From the NCBI GenBank assembly GCA_963667015.2, contig CAXXJJ010000001.1, forward strand, positions 544,001 to 608,000: DNA of 64,000 nt, written 5' to 3'. Source of the DNA: Desulfatiglandales bacterium (GTDB taxonomy: Bacteria > Desulfobacterota > DSM-4660 > Desulfatiglandales > HGW-15). A program made the translations under genes and the position numbers. Of the stretch, positions 38,857-48,877 are shown in pieces. Each line of letters begins with the position of its first letter. Position 1 is the stretch's first letter. The notes below the pieces were generated by a model. It made no database searches. It saw only the letters and a list, made by a program, of their open reading frames with translations, and was not told where the DNA came from.

Positions 38857-40236
38857 CTAGATCCCATATTTTTCCATGCGCCTGTATACCGACGCCCTGG
38901 TCAACCCCAGTTCCAGGGCTGCCTGGCTGACATTTCCCCTGTGTTTATCCAGGGCCTTTTGAATTACTATCTTTTCAACAAATTCAAGGTTGTAATTCTC
39001 AAAAATTATGGCGTCACCATTTGCAGGTGATGTTGATAAAAAGAAATCTTCAGGCTGAAGAACCTTTGATTCACTTAAAATAACTGCCCGTTCCATACAG
39101 TGCTGAAGTTCTCTTACGTTTCCGGGCCAGTTGTATGCCATGAGTTTGTTCATTGTTAAGGTGCCTATACTCTTTTCCGGCTTATTGTATTTCCTGCAAT
39201 AGGTCTTTAAAAAATACTCGGACAACTGGCTAAGATCTTCTCCTCTTTCTCTCAACGGGGGAAGATGTATTTCCACCGTGTTGATTCTGTAAAGCAGATC
39301 CTGTCTGAATTTATTGTTTCCCACCATCTCAGGTATATTTCCATTAGTGGCGCATATTAACCTGATGTCTATGGGGATATTCCTGTTTGATCCGACCCTT
39401 ACTACCTGCTTCTGCTCAATCGCGCGGAGAATTTTAGACTGCATGGCCATGGGAAGGTTTGCTATCTCATCCATAAACAGTGTTCCGCCTGATGCCACTT
39501 CAAACCGGCCCACGCGTTCTGACTTGGCGTCTGTAAAGGCGCCTTTAATGTGCCCGAACAGTTCACTTTCAAAAAGCGATTCACTTATTGCCCCCATGTC
39601 AACGCTAATGAAGACCTCCTTTTTGCGGGGGGAGTGACGATGAAGGGAACGTGCTACAAGTTCCTTGCCAGTCCCGTTTTCACCAAGTATCAAAACATTC
39701 GCATCGGTTTTGGCAACTTTCAGGATGGTGTCATAAACCTTCTGCATTGCCGGGGATGAACCGATAAATTCACTGAAGGGCTGATTCATGTCAGCGCTTA
39801 ACTGTTCCTGTCTTGATTTCAGGCTGGCTACCTCAAGCCTTGTTTTGTGAAGATTTCCGGCAGCAGTTACTGTTGCCAGAAGTTTTTCATTCTGCCATGG
39901 TTTAAGGACAAAATCGGTCGCCCCATGTTTTACAGCAGTTACGGCCAGGTTTACATCACCGAATGCAGTAATCATAATAACAACAGCAGAAGGATCAATT
40001 TCAATTATTTTCGAAAGCCAGTGCAGTCCCTCCTGACCGCTGGTGACATCCCTTGAGTAGTTCATATCAAGTAAAATTACATCATAGACATTATTTGCCA
40101 GGAGAGCGGGTATATTTTCGGGGTTCTGTTCAGTATGGATAGATGATACATGTTTCTTAAGAAATAACCGGGCAGCCTTGAGTACATCTTCATCATCATC
40201 AACAATAAGTATTTTATCGATCTTCTCTGACATCAA
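38857..40236 (-). CDS. NtrC-family sigma54-dependent response regulator
   Basis: Receiver VDDD / LLDMN / KPW; GENGTGKE; GAFTDA; WPGNVREL; Fis-type HTH. Confidence 0.95.
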   Translation of the reverse strand: MMSEKIDKILIVDDDEDVLKAARLFLKKHVSSIHTEQNPENIPALLANNVYDVILLDMNYSRDVTSGQEGLHWLSKIIEIDPSAVVIMITAFGDVNLAVTAVKHGATDFVLKPWQNEKLLATVTAAGNLHKTRLEVASLKSRQEQLSADMNQPFSEFIGSSPAMQKVYDTILKVAKTDANVLILGENGTGKELVARSLHRHSPRKKEVFISVDMGAISESLFESELFGHIKGAFTDAKSERVGRFEVASGGTLFMDEIANLPMAMQSKILRAIEQKQVVRVGSNRNIPIDIRLICATNGNIPEMVGNNKFRQDLLYRINTVEIHLPPLRERGEDLSQLSEYFLKTYCRKYNKPEKSIGTLTMNKLMAYNWPGNVRELQHCMERAVILSESKVLQPEDFFLSTSPANGDAIIFENYNLEFVEKIVIQKALDKHRGNVSQAALELGLTRASVYRRMEKYGI

Positions 40237-40424
40237 TAGCCTCGTTTATTGCCTTTTATATGGAACGACTTTTTTTGGGGTGAATCGCGACAGAACTCCT
40301 GATGATATACAATTCTTAATAGATCATATCAATATTAAATTAGTAAAATCGGGTAGACATATAGGTCTACCCATGCATTGCAATATCAATTATTCACATT
40401 AATTGGAAATATATCGTTTTTTAC

Positions 40425-40450
40425 GTAGGGGCGGACCTGTGTGTCCGCCC
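40425..40450 (+). repeat. GTAG-type REP palindromes; others at 40351-40372 (inverse), 40641-40666 and 56038-56062
   Basis: GTAG-GGGCGGAC-ctgtgt-GTCCGCCC; the other copies share the GTAG + GC-rich hairpin layout. Confidence 0.65.
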
Positions 40451-40987
40451 GGATTAACATTGGTTAAATGTGGTGAAAATCACAATATTCGTTGGAATAA
40501 TGTGGTTGGCATCGCAAAAAAGGTTGGTAAAATGTGAATATAGTTGTGGAAAAATAGTATGGATATAGCCCATCCATAAAGACGCAGAGCATAGGAGCCA
40601 GTGTATAAAAAGTTTAGAAGGATAGATGTCAAGTGCCGATGTAGGGTGCGAATAATTATTCGCCCTCTTTTCTAAAGTTCGGATTTGAAAGGCCTAAGGT
40701 ATCTGGCGTTCCCCCATTCCAGTGCAGACGGGAATATTGAGTTAACAACAAACAAATATGTATCAACTGCCCAGGAACCAGCTCACAGGAAAAGAAGTAA
40801 TTTTGCAGTCTATTTTATTAATTGATGGATCATTTGAAATTATAAATGAATGCAGTATTTTTAATAGCCTTATAATGGAGTAATATTATGACATAATGAC
40901 TGCATATTACGCCAATAAATGGTTTATAAATTAGGGTTGGATGTTTTCCATTATCACAGGGTTAAAGGAGTGCTTACATATTAAGGG

Positions 40988-41024
40988 TGTTCATATGCGG
41001 GCACCATATGTCCGCTGGTGAACA
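40988..41024. promoter_or_regulatory. Tandem putative enhancer (bEBP) binding sites
   Basis: TGTTCA-tatg-CGGGCA and TGTCCG-ctgg-TGAACA, 21 bp apart centre to centre, ~85-120 bp upstream of a sigma54 promoter. Confidence 0.6.
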
Positions 41025-41108
41025 CCATTTTAAAATTACTTCAAATAGTTATATCTCTGAATTATTTAAAACCCTTATCAAATAAGGATCTGGGAGTTAT
41101 AGGTAGTC

Positions 41109-41124
41109 TGGCACAAGCCTTGCT
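41109..41124 (+). promoter_or_regulatory. Sigma54 (-24/-12) promoter of the efflux operon
   Basis: Perfect consensus TGGCAC-AAGCC-TTGCT, divergent from the NtrC-like regulator. Confidence 0.88.
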
Positions 41125-41334
41125 TTATTCTTTATCCAGAAGAGCTATCACCTTCTTTTTTACCGCTATATTAATCACCAGAATTATCAGATTGAAAAAA
41201 GAATTGATTTTTTAAAGGCAATGCCCTCTGCTTTTATTCCTCCTCCCAGGACAGAGGGCAAAGCCTGTATAAAAATGAGTTGTTAAAATATTAAGTATTA
41301 ACAACAAACTACAAACAACGGACAACAAACAAAT

Positions 41335-43815
41335 ATGTTATTAAACTACATCAAAATAGCAATTAGAAACATACTCAGAAACAAGCTTCATTCTTTTATC
41401 AATATTTTGGGACTGTCAATAGGTCTTGCCTGCACTATTTTGATTCTACTATATGTGCTGGATGAGTTTTCATATGACCGCTATAACTCTAAAAGTGACC
41501 GCATATATATTGCAGAGACAATTTATAATAATGGCATTGCCTCCCCCTGGACAGCAGTTCTCCTGGGAAAGGCCCTGGAAAATGAATATCCTGTTGTTGA
41601 AGAGACTGCCAGAATCTATTCTCCGGGAAGAATTTCCTTTATTGATCAGAAAAACGAAGTGATAAGAGAAGATTATATCTATTGTGCTGATACTGAGATT
41701 TTTAGCATTTTTGATTATCAATTCATATATGGTTCCCCGGAGCATGTCCTTGATTCACCTCATACAATAGTTCTAAGCGAGAAACTCGCAAAAAAATATT
41801 TTGGCAGCCAGAATCCTGTTGGTAGGATTCTTAGTCGTTATGGTGGGATTGATTATAAGGTCAAAGGGGTATTTAAAGATTTACCAAGGAATGTTTCCTT
41901 CCCTCATGACGGATTGATTTCAATGTATGATTACAGGGAAATGGTTGGACCTGAGCAATTCAGGCGCTACACCTCCAATTATACTTTTGCCGAAGTTAGT
42001 ACTTTTATTCTTCTAAAAGAAAAAAGTGATGTGAAAGTATTATTGGACGATTTAAAACGCTTTAAGGCCAAGTATATGCCCGGCCTTGCTCAAAGAACAG
42101 ACTTGGACCTGAATCTCAATTATAAACTCCTTACGGATTATCATCTTGGTGATATCGTTTCCTATGATTTGAATATAACAAGGCTTGAACGTATTTATTT
42201 TATAACAGCGCTCGGATTTCTTATCCTTATCATTGCATGTATCAATTATATGAATCTTGCTACTGCGAGATCTATGGGAAGGGCAAAAGAGGTAGGTGTA
42301 AGAAAAGTCCTTGGCGCGAACAGGGGATCTTTAATAAGGCAGTTTTTAAGCGAGTCTGTCATTATTACAATTTTTGCCATGTTGATTGCCATTGCTCTTG
42401 CTGAAATTCTGCTGCCTTCCTTAAACAATCTGGTATCTCTAAAATTAAGTATAATTGCTTCGGATGCCGTCGCACTGTTTACAAGTGTCCTAATTATAAT
42501 ATTAATTACAGGGATAGCTGCAGGGAGTTACCCGGCTGTATTTTTATCAAAATATTCCCCGGCAATAGTGCTTGGGAAAAGTTCCGGGGCTAGAGCCGGC
42601 AAAGGTCTTATGAGAAAAGTGCTCGTAATTATCCAGTATTCCATATCAATTATAATGATTTTCTGCATAACGCTTTCTTTAAAGCAAATGAACTATGTCG
42701 CAAAAATAGATCCTGGATTTAATATGGAAAATGTTTTTTGTGTGCTTTCTGGCAACGATGAAGGAAGAAGGTTAATCCCGGTTCTGAAAGATACTCTTTC
42801 CAAATACACCGGAGTATCAGGAACAGCAATGACCTCCTTAATGTTAGAATCGATTAATAGCTCGTCAGGTAGTCCGGTATACACATGCAAAGTGGAAGGT
42901 CCGAAGGGTGAACTGATAGAACAAAAAACAAAACTTGGGAAAGTAGATAGTAATTATATTAACCTCATGGAGATGGAAATAATTGAGGGTCGATCTTTTA
43001 AAATTGATGATGGACAAAACAATCATGGGGAAGTGTTAATCAATGAGGCTTTTGTAAAATCCCTGGGGTGGAATGAATCAGTTATTGGAAAACAGATAGT
43101 AATTGATGACAGCCGAACTAATGTAGGAGGTTTTTCAGGTGAGATAAGAGTAATAACATTTAATGGTATTTATACTGTTGCAGGAGTTGTAAAAGATATC
43201 CGATCCGATCCTCTTTATAATCGTGTTCAACCTTTAATAATTATACCCGAAAATAAGGGCAATACAGATATTGCAGATATTTTGACCATTAAAGTGAACC
43301 CCGATAGATTAAATGAAACGATTAAATATATTAAAAAGAATATGTTTGAAATTTATCCTTCCGACCGCTTTGCCTTGCTATTATTATCGCTGGAAGAAGA
43401 TTTCAATAAAAAATATCAAACAGAAAAAATGGTGAACAGTTTTCTTATCTGGTCCGCGTTTCTGTGTGTTTCCATTTCTTGTCTTGGCCTTTTCGGTCTT
43501 TCCTCATTTATAGCAGAGAACAAAACAAAGGAGATCGGTATACGAAAGGTAAATGGTGCCTCAGTAAAAAGCATAGTGATTACTCTGACAGGACAATTTT
43601 TAAAGCTTGTATTTTTATCAAGTCTAATAGCGTACCCGATTGCCTATTATATAATGAGCAGATGGTTTGAAAATTTTGTTTTAAGGGTTGGAATGGGACC
43701 ATGGGATTTCATTTTTGCCATATGTATTGCAGTGGTTATCGCATGGCTGACTGTGAGTTATCATTCAATAAAAGCCGCTATGGCTGATCCGGTTAAGGCG
43801 CTTAGGTATGAGTAA
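41335..43815 (+). CDS. ABC transporter permease, duplicated MacB_PCD-FtsX type (paralogue 1)
   Basis: INILGLSIGLAC, IACINYMNLATARS..RAKEVGVRKVLGA, ISCLGLFGL, KTKEIGIRKVNGA, ADPVKALRYE. Confidence 0.93.
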   Translation: MLLNYIKIAIRNILRNKLHSFINILGLSIGLACTILILLYVLDEFSYDRYNSKSDRIYIAETIYNNGIASPWTAVLLGKALENEYPVVEETARIYSPGRISFIDQKNEVIREDYIYCADTEIFSIFDYQFIYGSPEHVLDSPHTIVLSEKLAKKYFGSQNPVGRILSRYGGIDYKVKGVFKDLPRNVSFPHDGLISMYDYREMVGPEQFRRYTSNYTFAEVSTFILLKEKSDVKVLLDDLKRFKAKYMPGLAQRTDLDLNLNYKLLTDYHLGDIVSYDLNITRLERIYFITALGFLILIIACINYMNLATARSMGRAKEVGVRKVLGANRGSLIRQFLSESVIITIFAMLIAIALAEILLPSLNNLVSLKLSIIASDAVALFTSVLIIILITGIAAGSYPAVFLSKYSPAIVLGKSSGARAGKGLMRKVLVIIQYSISIIMIFCITLSLKQMNYVAKIDPGFNMENVFCVLSGNDEGRRLIPVLKDTLSKYTGVSGTAMTSLMLESINSSSGSPVYTCKVEGPKGELIEQKTKLGKVDSNYINLMEMEIIEGRSFKIDDGQNNHGEVLINEAFVKSLGWNESVIGKQIVIDDSRTNVGGFSGEIRVITFNGIYTVAGVVKDIRSDPLYNRVQPLIIIPENKGNTDIADILTIKVNPDRLNETIKYIKKNMFEIYPSDRFALLLLSLEEDFNKKYQTEKMVNSFLIWSAFLCVSISCLGLFGLSSFIAENKTKEIGIRKVNGASVKSIVITLTGQFLKLVFLSSLIAYPIAYYIMSRWFENFVLRVGMGPWDFIFAICIAVVIAWLTVSYHSIKAAMADPVKALRYE

Positions 43816-43935
43816 AAACAGGCTAAAGCAGTATAGACTGAAGGCTGTTAGGAAAAACAAAATAACTAATAGTCTTCAGCCTAAAACGCTTCAGTCTATT
43901 AGCAATAAACAACATACAACGGGCAACAAACAATT

Positions 43936-46392
43936 ATGCTCCTGAACTACATCAAAATAGCCATTAGACATATCCTGAGAAACAAGCTCTATTCAATAAT
44001 CAACATCCTCGGTTTATCCATTGGTATGGCATGTACAATTCTGCTGTTCCTTTTCATCCGGGATGAACTTTCCTGGGACAAGTATCATTCAAAACATGAT
44101 CGGATTTATATGGTCCAGACATGTGTCAAATCAGAAACTGAAGAAAAATACGGTATTTATTCTCCACTTGCATTAGGTCCGGCATTAAAAGATGAATATC
44201 CTGTTATAGAGGAAAGTGTCAGGACATACAGATCAGGAGGCCTTCAGTTAATTGAACCAAAGGGTGAAGTTATTACTGAAAATGGCATTTACTATGCCGA
44301 TCCGGGTATATTTCGGGTCTTTGATTTTGAATTCATCTATGGTGCGCCTGACGGAACTCTTGATTCCCCAGATACAATTGTACTAAGCCGCTCACTTGCC
44401 GAAAAATATTTTGGGGATGAAAACCCGGTCGGCAAGATAATTAAAAGAAATACCGGCAGTGCCTTCAGGGTGAAGGGTGTATATGAAGACCTTCCACGAA
44501 ATTCTTTCAGACAATACAGGGGACTGATAAGCATCAAAAATCTGAAGGAATTATTCGGAAATGAAGATTTCCAGGGTGACAGAACTCCAGAAGCTTTTTT
44601 TTCACGTATAGGGTCTATCTATACGTATATTCTTCTCTCTGAAAACGCTTCAATAGAAAGCATTACATCCGATTTAAACCGTTTTAAAGAAAAATATTAT
44701 GCAGAACTTGGAAGAAAAACCGGCAGGGAACTGGAAGCAGTTTTTGTACCTCTGGACAGGGTTTATCTTCAGGGCGGGGCGCCTCCGGGCACAGCTTCTC
44801 CTGTACTGAACCGTATCTACATTTTATCTGCATTAGCTCTGTTTATACTAATAATTGCCTGTATTAATTATATGAATCTTACAACTGCAAGCTCTGCAGG
44901 CAGGGCAAAGGAAGTGGGAGTGAGAAAAACTCTCGGAGCTGATAGAGCATCCCTTACACGGCTTTATTTAAGTGAATCCATGATGACTTCCATGATTGCG
45001 CTTATAATTTCACTCGTAATTGTAGAGCTTTTTTTATCCCCATTCAATGACCTCACAAATAAACAAATAGTCTTTAGTGCCTTCGGAGATTCGGACATAT
45101 TGACAGGATTGGCAGTTATCCTGCTGACAGTCGGTCTTTTGTCAGGCAGCTACCCGGCCTTTGCCCTGTCTTCATATAATCCGGCAGAAGTCATTAAAGG
45201 GGAGGTTAAATTGAAAACCGGAAGAGATCTGCTGAGAAAATCTCTTGTCATTGTTCAGTTTGCTATTTCCATTTCAGTTATTACAAGTGCAATGCTGCTC
45301 AGCGATCAGATGGATTATATCAGGCATATGGACCTGGGTTTTAATAAGGAGAACATCCTTACATTAATGCCTGGAAGTGAAAAGTTTACGCCGGGCGATT
45401 CAAGTGAAAACGGCAGGACGAACACCTTCATGAACGAGATCAGGAGCGACAGCAACATACTTTCAGTCACCCGGTCTTCAGTTTCTACTGCTGCGCTTGG
45501 TATCTGGACAACCAATGGTAAGGTAGAAGACTCAAAGGGTGAAATGATAAGTAAAATATTCCATTATACATTTATTGACTATGACTATATTGACCTTATG
45601 CAGATGAAGATTCTGCAGGGCCGGTCCTTCAGCCGGGAGATGGATACTGACGAAAGTTCGGCAGTTATTGTTAATGAAACCTTTGTAAACCAGGTGGGGT
45701 GTGGTGATTCTGCAATTGGAAAAAAGATAATCGTTGGTGAAGAACAAAATGTAAAGGTGATTGGTGTTTTAAAGGATTTTTATTTTCAGTCCCTGCACAA
45801 TGAAATAGCTCCACAGGTTATGATCCTGGATACGGATGCGAGCCAGATAGTGATGCCTGTTATTAGCGTGAAACTAAGACCAGAAAATCGAAATGAAGCT
45901 ATGGAATTTATCGAGTCTAAATGGCGTAAAATTTACCCTATGGAGCCTTTTGAATACACCTATCTGGAAGACAGGATAGAAAATCAGTACATGAATGAAG
46001 AACATCTGATTATTGTTTTTAATTATTTCCTGTATCTCTGTATTTCCATCTCATGCCTTGGTCTCTTTGCATTGTCCTCTTTTATTGCTGAGAAAAAAAC
46101 CAAAGAAATAGGAATCCGTAAAATCCATGGTGCTTCTGTGCTTGAAATTACATATAAGCTGGCTTTTGATTTTATTAAACTGGTAATCATATCAGGTGTA
46201 ATAGCATGTCCGATAGCTTATTACATAATGGAGGAATATCTTTCAAGCCTTTTTCTGTACAGGACAGCTGCAGATCCATGGATATTTATAGTTACAGCGT
46301 GCATAGCGATAATTATAGCTCTTGTTACGATCAGTTTCCATGTAGTCAGGGCTGCCATGGCAGATCCGGTTAAGGCGCTTCGATACGAATAG
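43936..46392 (+). CDS. ABC transporter permease, duplicated MacB_PCD-FtsX type (paralogue 2)
   Basis: Same motif set; ends ADPVKALRYE. Confidence 0.93.
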   Translation: MLLNYIKIAIRHILRNKLYSIINILGLSIGMACTILLFLFIRDELSWDKYHSKHDRIYMVQTCVKSETEEKYGIYSPLALGPALKDEYPVIEESVRTYRSGGLQLIEPKGEVITENGIYYADPGIFRVFDFEFIYGAPDGTLDSPDTIVLSRSLAEKYFGDENPVGKIIKRNTGSAFRVKGVYEDLPRNSFRQYRGLISIKNLKELFGNEDFQGDRTPEAFFSRIGSIYTYILLSENASIESITSDLNRFKEKYYAELGRKTGRELEAVFVPLDRVYLQGGAPPGTASPVLNRIYILSALALFILIIACINYMNLTTASSAGRAKEVGVRKTLGADRASLTRLYLSESMMTSMIALIISLVIVELFLSPFNDLTNKQIVFSAFGDSDILTGLAVILLTVGLLSGSYPAFALSSYNPAEVIKGEVKLKTGRDLLRKSLVIVQFAISISVITSAMLLSDQMDYIRHMDLGFNKENILTLMPGSEKFTPGDSSENGRTNTFMNEIRSDSNILSVTRSSVSTAALGIWTTNGKVEDSKGEMISKIFHYTFIDYDYIDLMQMKILQGRSFSREMDTDESSAVIVNETFVNQVGCGDSAIGKKIIVGEEQNVKVIGVLKDFYFQSLHNEIAPQVMILDTDASQIVMPVISVKLRPENRNEAMEFIESKWRKIYPMEPFEYTYLEDRIENQYMNEEHLIIVFNYFLYLCISISCLGLFALSSFIAEKKTKEIGIRKIHGASVLEITYKLAFDFIKLVIISGVIACPIAYYIMEEYLSSLFLYRTAADPWIFIVTACIAIIIALVTISFHVVRAAMADPVKALRYE

Positions 46393-46397
46393 AAAGG

Positions 46398-46485
46398 ATG
46401 AACGCCCAACATTGAACTTTCAACATCCAATGTTGAATGAAAAGAAAAAAGAAAAGACTGGATTCCGGATCAGGTCCGGAATGAC
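46398..46485 (+). repeat. Duplicated spacer: heptamer run (gaacgYccaacatYgaac...) plus CTGGATTCCGGATCARGTCCGGAATGAC palindrome; second copy 48692-48778, heptamer part also ~59954-59997
   Basis: Direct comparison of spacers; related palindromes at 9930-9959, 20982-21000 (half) and ~62945-63006 (interrupted). Confidence 0.8.
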
Positions 46486-46520
46486 GATATAAAACAAACA
46501 AATAAACAGGAGATCAAAAA

Positions 46521-47198
46521 ATGATTCAGACAAGCAACTTAAAGAAGATTTATCGGACAGAGGAAGTGGAAACAACAGCACTGGATAATGTGAACCTGAA
46601 TGTGGATGAGGGAGAGTTTGTTGCAATCATGGGTCCTTCAGGATGCGGAAAATCTACACTGCTCAATATCCTTGGACTCCTGGATAATCCTTCAGAAGGA
46701 TCTTACAATTTCCTGGGGCATGAGGTTGCAGGAAGATCAGAAAGGCAGAGAGCAGATCTCAGGAAGGGCAATATAGGTTTTGTGTTTCAGAGTTTTAACC
46801 TTATCGATGAACTCACAGTATACGAAAACATTGAGCTTCCGCTCCTGTATTTAAAGACGCCTGCAAAGGAAAGAAAGGAAAAGGTAAATGAGGCAATGGA
46901 ACAGATGAAGATGACACACAGGCAGGGCCATTTTCCACAGCAGCTTTCAGGTGGTCAGCAGCAGAGGGTGGCGGTTGCCAGGGCAATAGTAGGAAAGCCG
47001 AAACTTATACTTGCTGATGAGCCTACCGGTAATCTTGACTCCAGCAATGGTGATGAAGTTATGGGGCTTTTGTCAAGTCTGCATGAACAGGGCACAAGTA
47101 TAATCATGGTAACTCACTCCCCGACATACGCAGAATATGCCCAGAGGATTATCAACCTTTTTGACGGGCATGTTGTTGGGGAGAATATGGCAGCGTAA
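46521..47198 (+). CDS. ABC transporter ATP-binding protein (LolD/MacB-like)
   Basis: GPSGCGKST, GFVFQSFNL, LSGGQQQRV, LADEPTGNLD, VTH. Confidence 0.96.
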   Translation: MIQTSNLKKIYRTEEVETTALDNVNLNVDEGEFVAIMGPSGCGKSTLLNILGLLDNPSEGSYNFLGHEVAGRSERQRADLRKGNIGFVFQSFNLIDELTVYENIELPLLYLKTPAKERKEKVNEAMEQMKMTHRQGHFPQQLSGGQQQRVAVARAIVGKPKLILADEPTGNLDSSNGDEVMGLLSSLHEQGTSIIMVTHSPTYAEYAQRIINLFDGHVVGENMAA

Positions 47199-47418
47199 AA
47201 GATAGAAGTCAGAAATCAGTAGCCAGAAGTCAGTGATCAAAAACCAATACTGAACCGCAAAGATACAAAGAACGCTAAGTTATTGTTTTAATAAGGCTGG
47301 ACATTTTCAGGATTTTGTTTTCTTTAAATCCTGAAAAATAAATAACCCCTTTGCGAGCTTTGCGTCTTGAGAGAGCGCAGCAAGCGGGCGGTTAAATATT
47401 TTAATTCGGAGATTTAAT

Positions 47419-48693
47419 TTGGATCGAAAAATTGAAAAAAAAGGAATACCTCTTAAAAGACTTATCCCTCTTATTGCAGTTGTTCTTATAATAGCTTTTT
47501 TGGCCTTTGAGGTGATCTCCCGGTCAGGAACAACCAGGCTTAAAGTCCCTTCGGGCAGGATGACGATATCAGAGGTTAAATATGGAGAGTTTCAGGAATA
47601 CTATCCCTTTGACGGTGTAGTTGTGCCAGTTACTTCCGTGTACCTGGATGTGGACCGGGGTGGAAGGGTAGAAGAGATTTATGCTGAAGGCGGCAAATTT
47701 ATAAATAAAGGAGACCCTATTCTTCGTTTTTCTAACCCGAGCCTGCAGCAGCAGCTCATTACCAGTGAAACAGGCCTGCTTGAAAACCTGGACACCTACC
47801 AGAATACCCAGCTGAATCTGGCCCAGCAGAAAACAACCAGGGAAGAGGCCTTGCTGCAGTTGAAACACACGCTGAGCGGTCTGGAAAGGAAGTATAAACG
47901 ATACGAAGTGTTGAAAAAGGAAAATATCGTAATCTCTGAAGAGGAGTATCAGCAGGTAATAGATGATCTGGAATTAAATAGGGCCAGGTTGAAGCTAAAG
48001 ATAGAGTCGAATAAAAGAGATGATCTCCTGAGTGAAAGACAGCTTGAGAAGGCAAACAACGCCATTGAGCGTATCACCCTGGGTCTGGAGCTTATTGAGA
48101 AACAGATGGAAAGCCTTGAGCTCAAGGCGCCGATATCAGGACAGCTTTCGAGCATAAACGCAGAGATTGGACAAAATATTAACCCTGGTATGCGAATTGG
48201 ACAGATAGACATTCTGGACAAGCTTAAGATTAATGCAGGAATAGATCAGTATTACAATGCCAAGGTTGCTGTAGGCACAAAAGGAAAATTCACTCTCGAC
48301 GGGCAGAAGTATGAAGTGGAAGTGATAAAAATATATCCGGAGGTCCTGAACAATCAGTTTAAAGTGGATATGGCATTTGTTGGCGCCCCTCCTGAAGGAG
48401 TTAAACGCGGCCAGACGCTGACCACAGAACTGAGCTTCAGCGAACCCGGGCAAAGCCTTATGGTTAAAAAGGGCGGTTTTTATCAGCAGACAAGCGGTCG
48501 ATGGGCCTACATTATTTCGGAAGACGGAAAGACCGCACACCGGATTGACATGCGCCTTGGCCGGCAGAATCCGCGATATGTTGAGGTCCTTGAAGGACTT
48601 AATGAAGGGGACTGGGTAATCACATCCGGTTATGACACATTCAAGGAAGCGGATGAGCTGATATTTGATGAAGCGGTGAAACTAAAAGAGTGA
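47419..48693 (+). CDS. Efflux periplasmic adaptor (membrane fusion protein)
   Basis: TTG start with SD ggag; N-terminal TM, lipoyl halves (GGRVEEI...GDPIL; APISGQL) around a coiled coil, EVLEGLNEGD.VI. Confidence 0.9.
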   Translation: MDRKIEKKGIPLKRLIPLIAVVLIIAFLAFEVISRSGTTRLKVPSGRMTISEVKYGEFQEYYPFDGVVVPVTSVYLDVDRGGRVEEIYAEGGKFINKGDPILRFSNPSLQQQLITSETGLLENLDTYQNTQLNLAQQKTTREEALLQLKHTLSGLERKYKRYEVLKKENIVISEEEYQQVIDDLELNRARLKLKIESNKRDDLLSERQLEKANNAIERITLGLELIEKQMESLELKAPISGQLSSINAEIGQNINPGMRIGQIDILDKLKINAGIDQYYNAKVAVGTKGKFTLDGQKYEVEVIKIYPEVLNNQFKVDMAFVGAPPEGVKRGQTLTTELSFSEPGQSLMVKKGGFYQQTSGRWAYIISEDGKTAHRIDMRLGRQNPRYVEVLEGLNEGDWVITSGYDTFKEADELIFDEAVKLKE

Positions 48694-48877
48694 ACGTCCA
48701 ACATCGAACTTCGAACATCGAATGATGAATGAAAAGCAAAGAAGAAAAGACTGGATTCCGGATCAAGTCCGGAATGACAGACTAAAACATAAAAGCACTA
48801 ATCGTTATTCCCCGGCTTTCCTGTCAGGGTATATGTTGAACGTTCGTCTTTTTTAATTTTTAGGAGATACTTAATTC

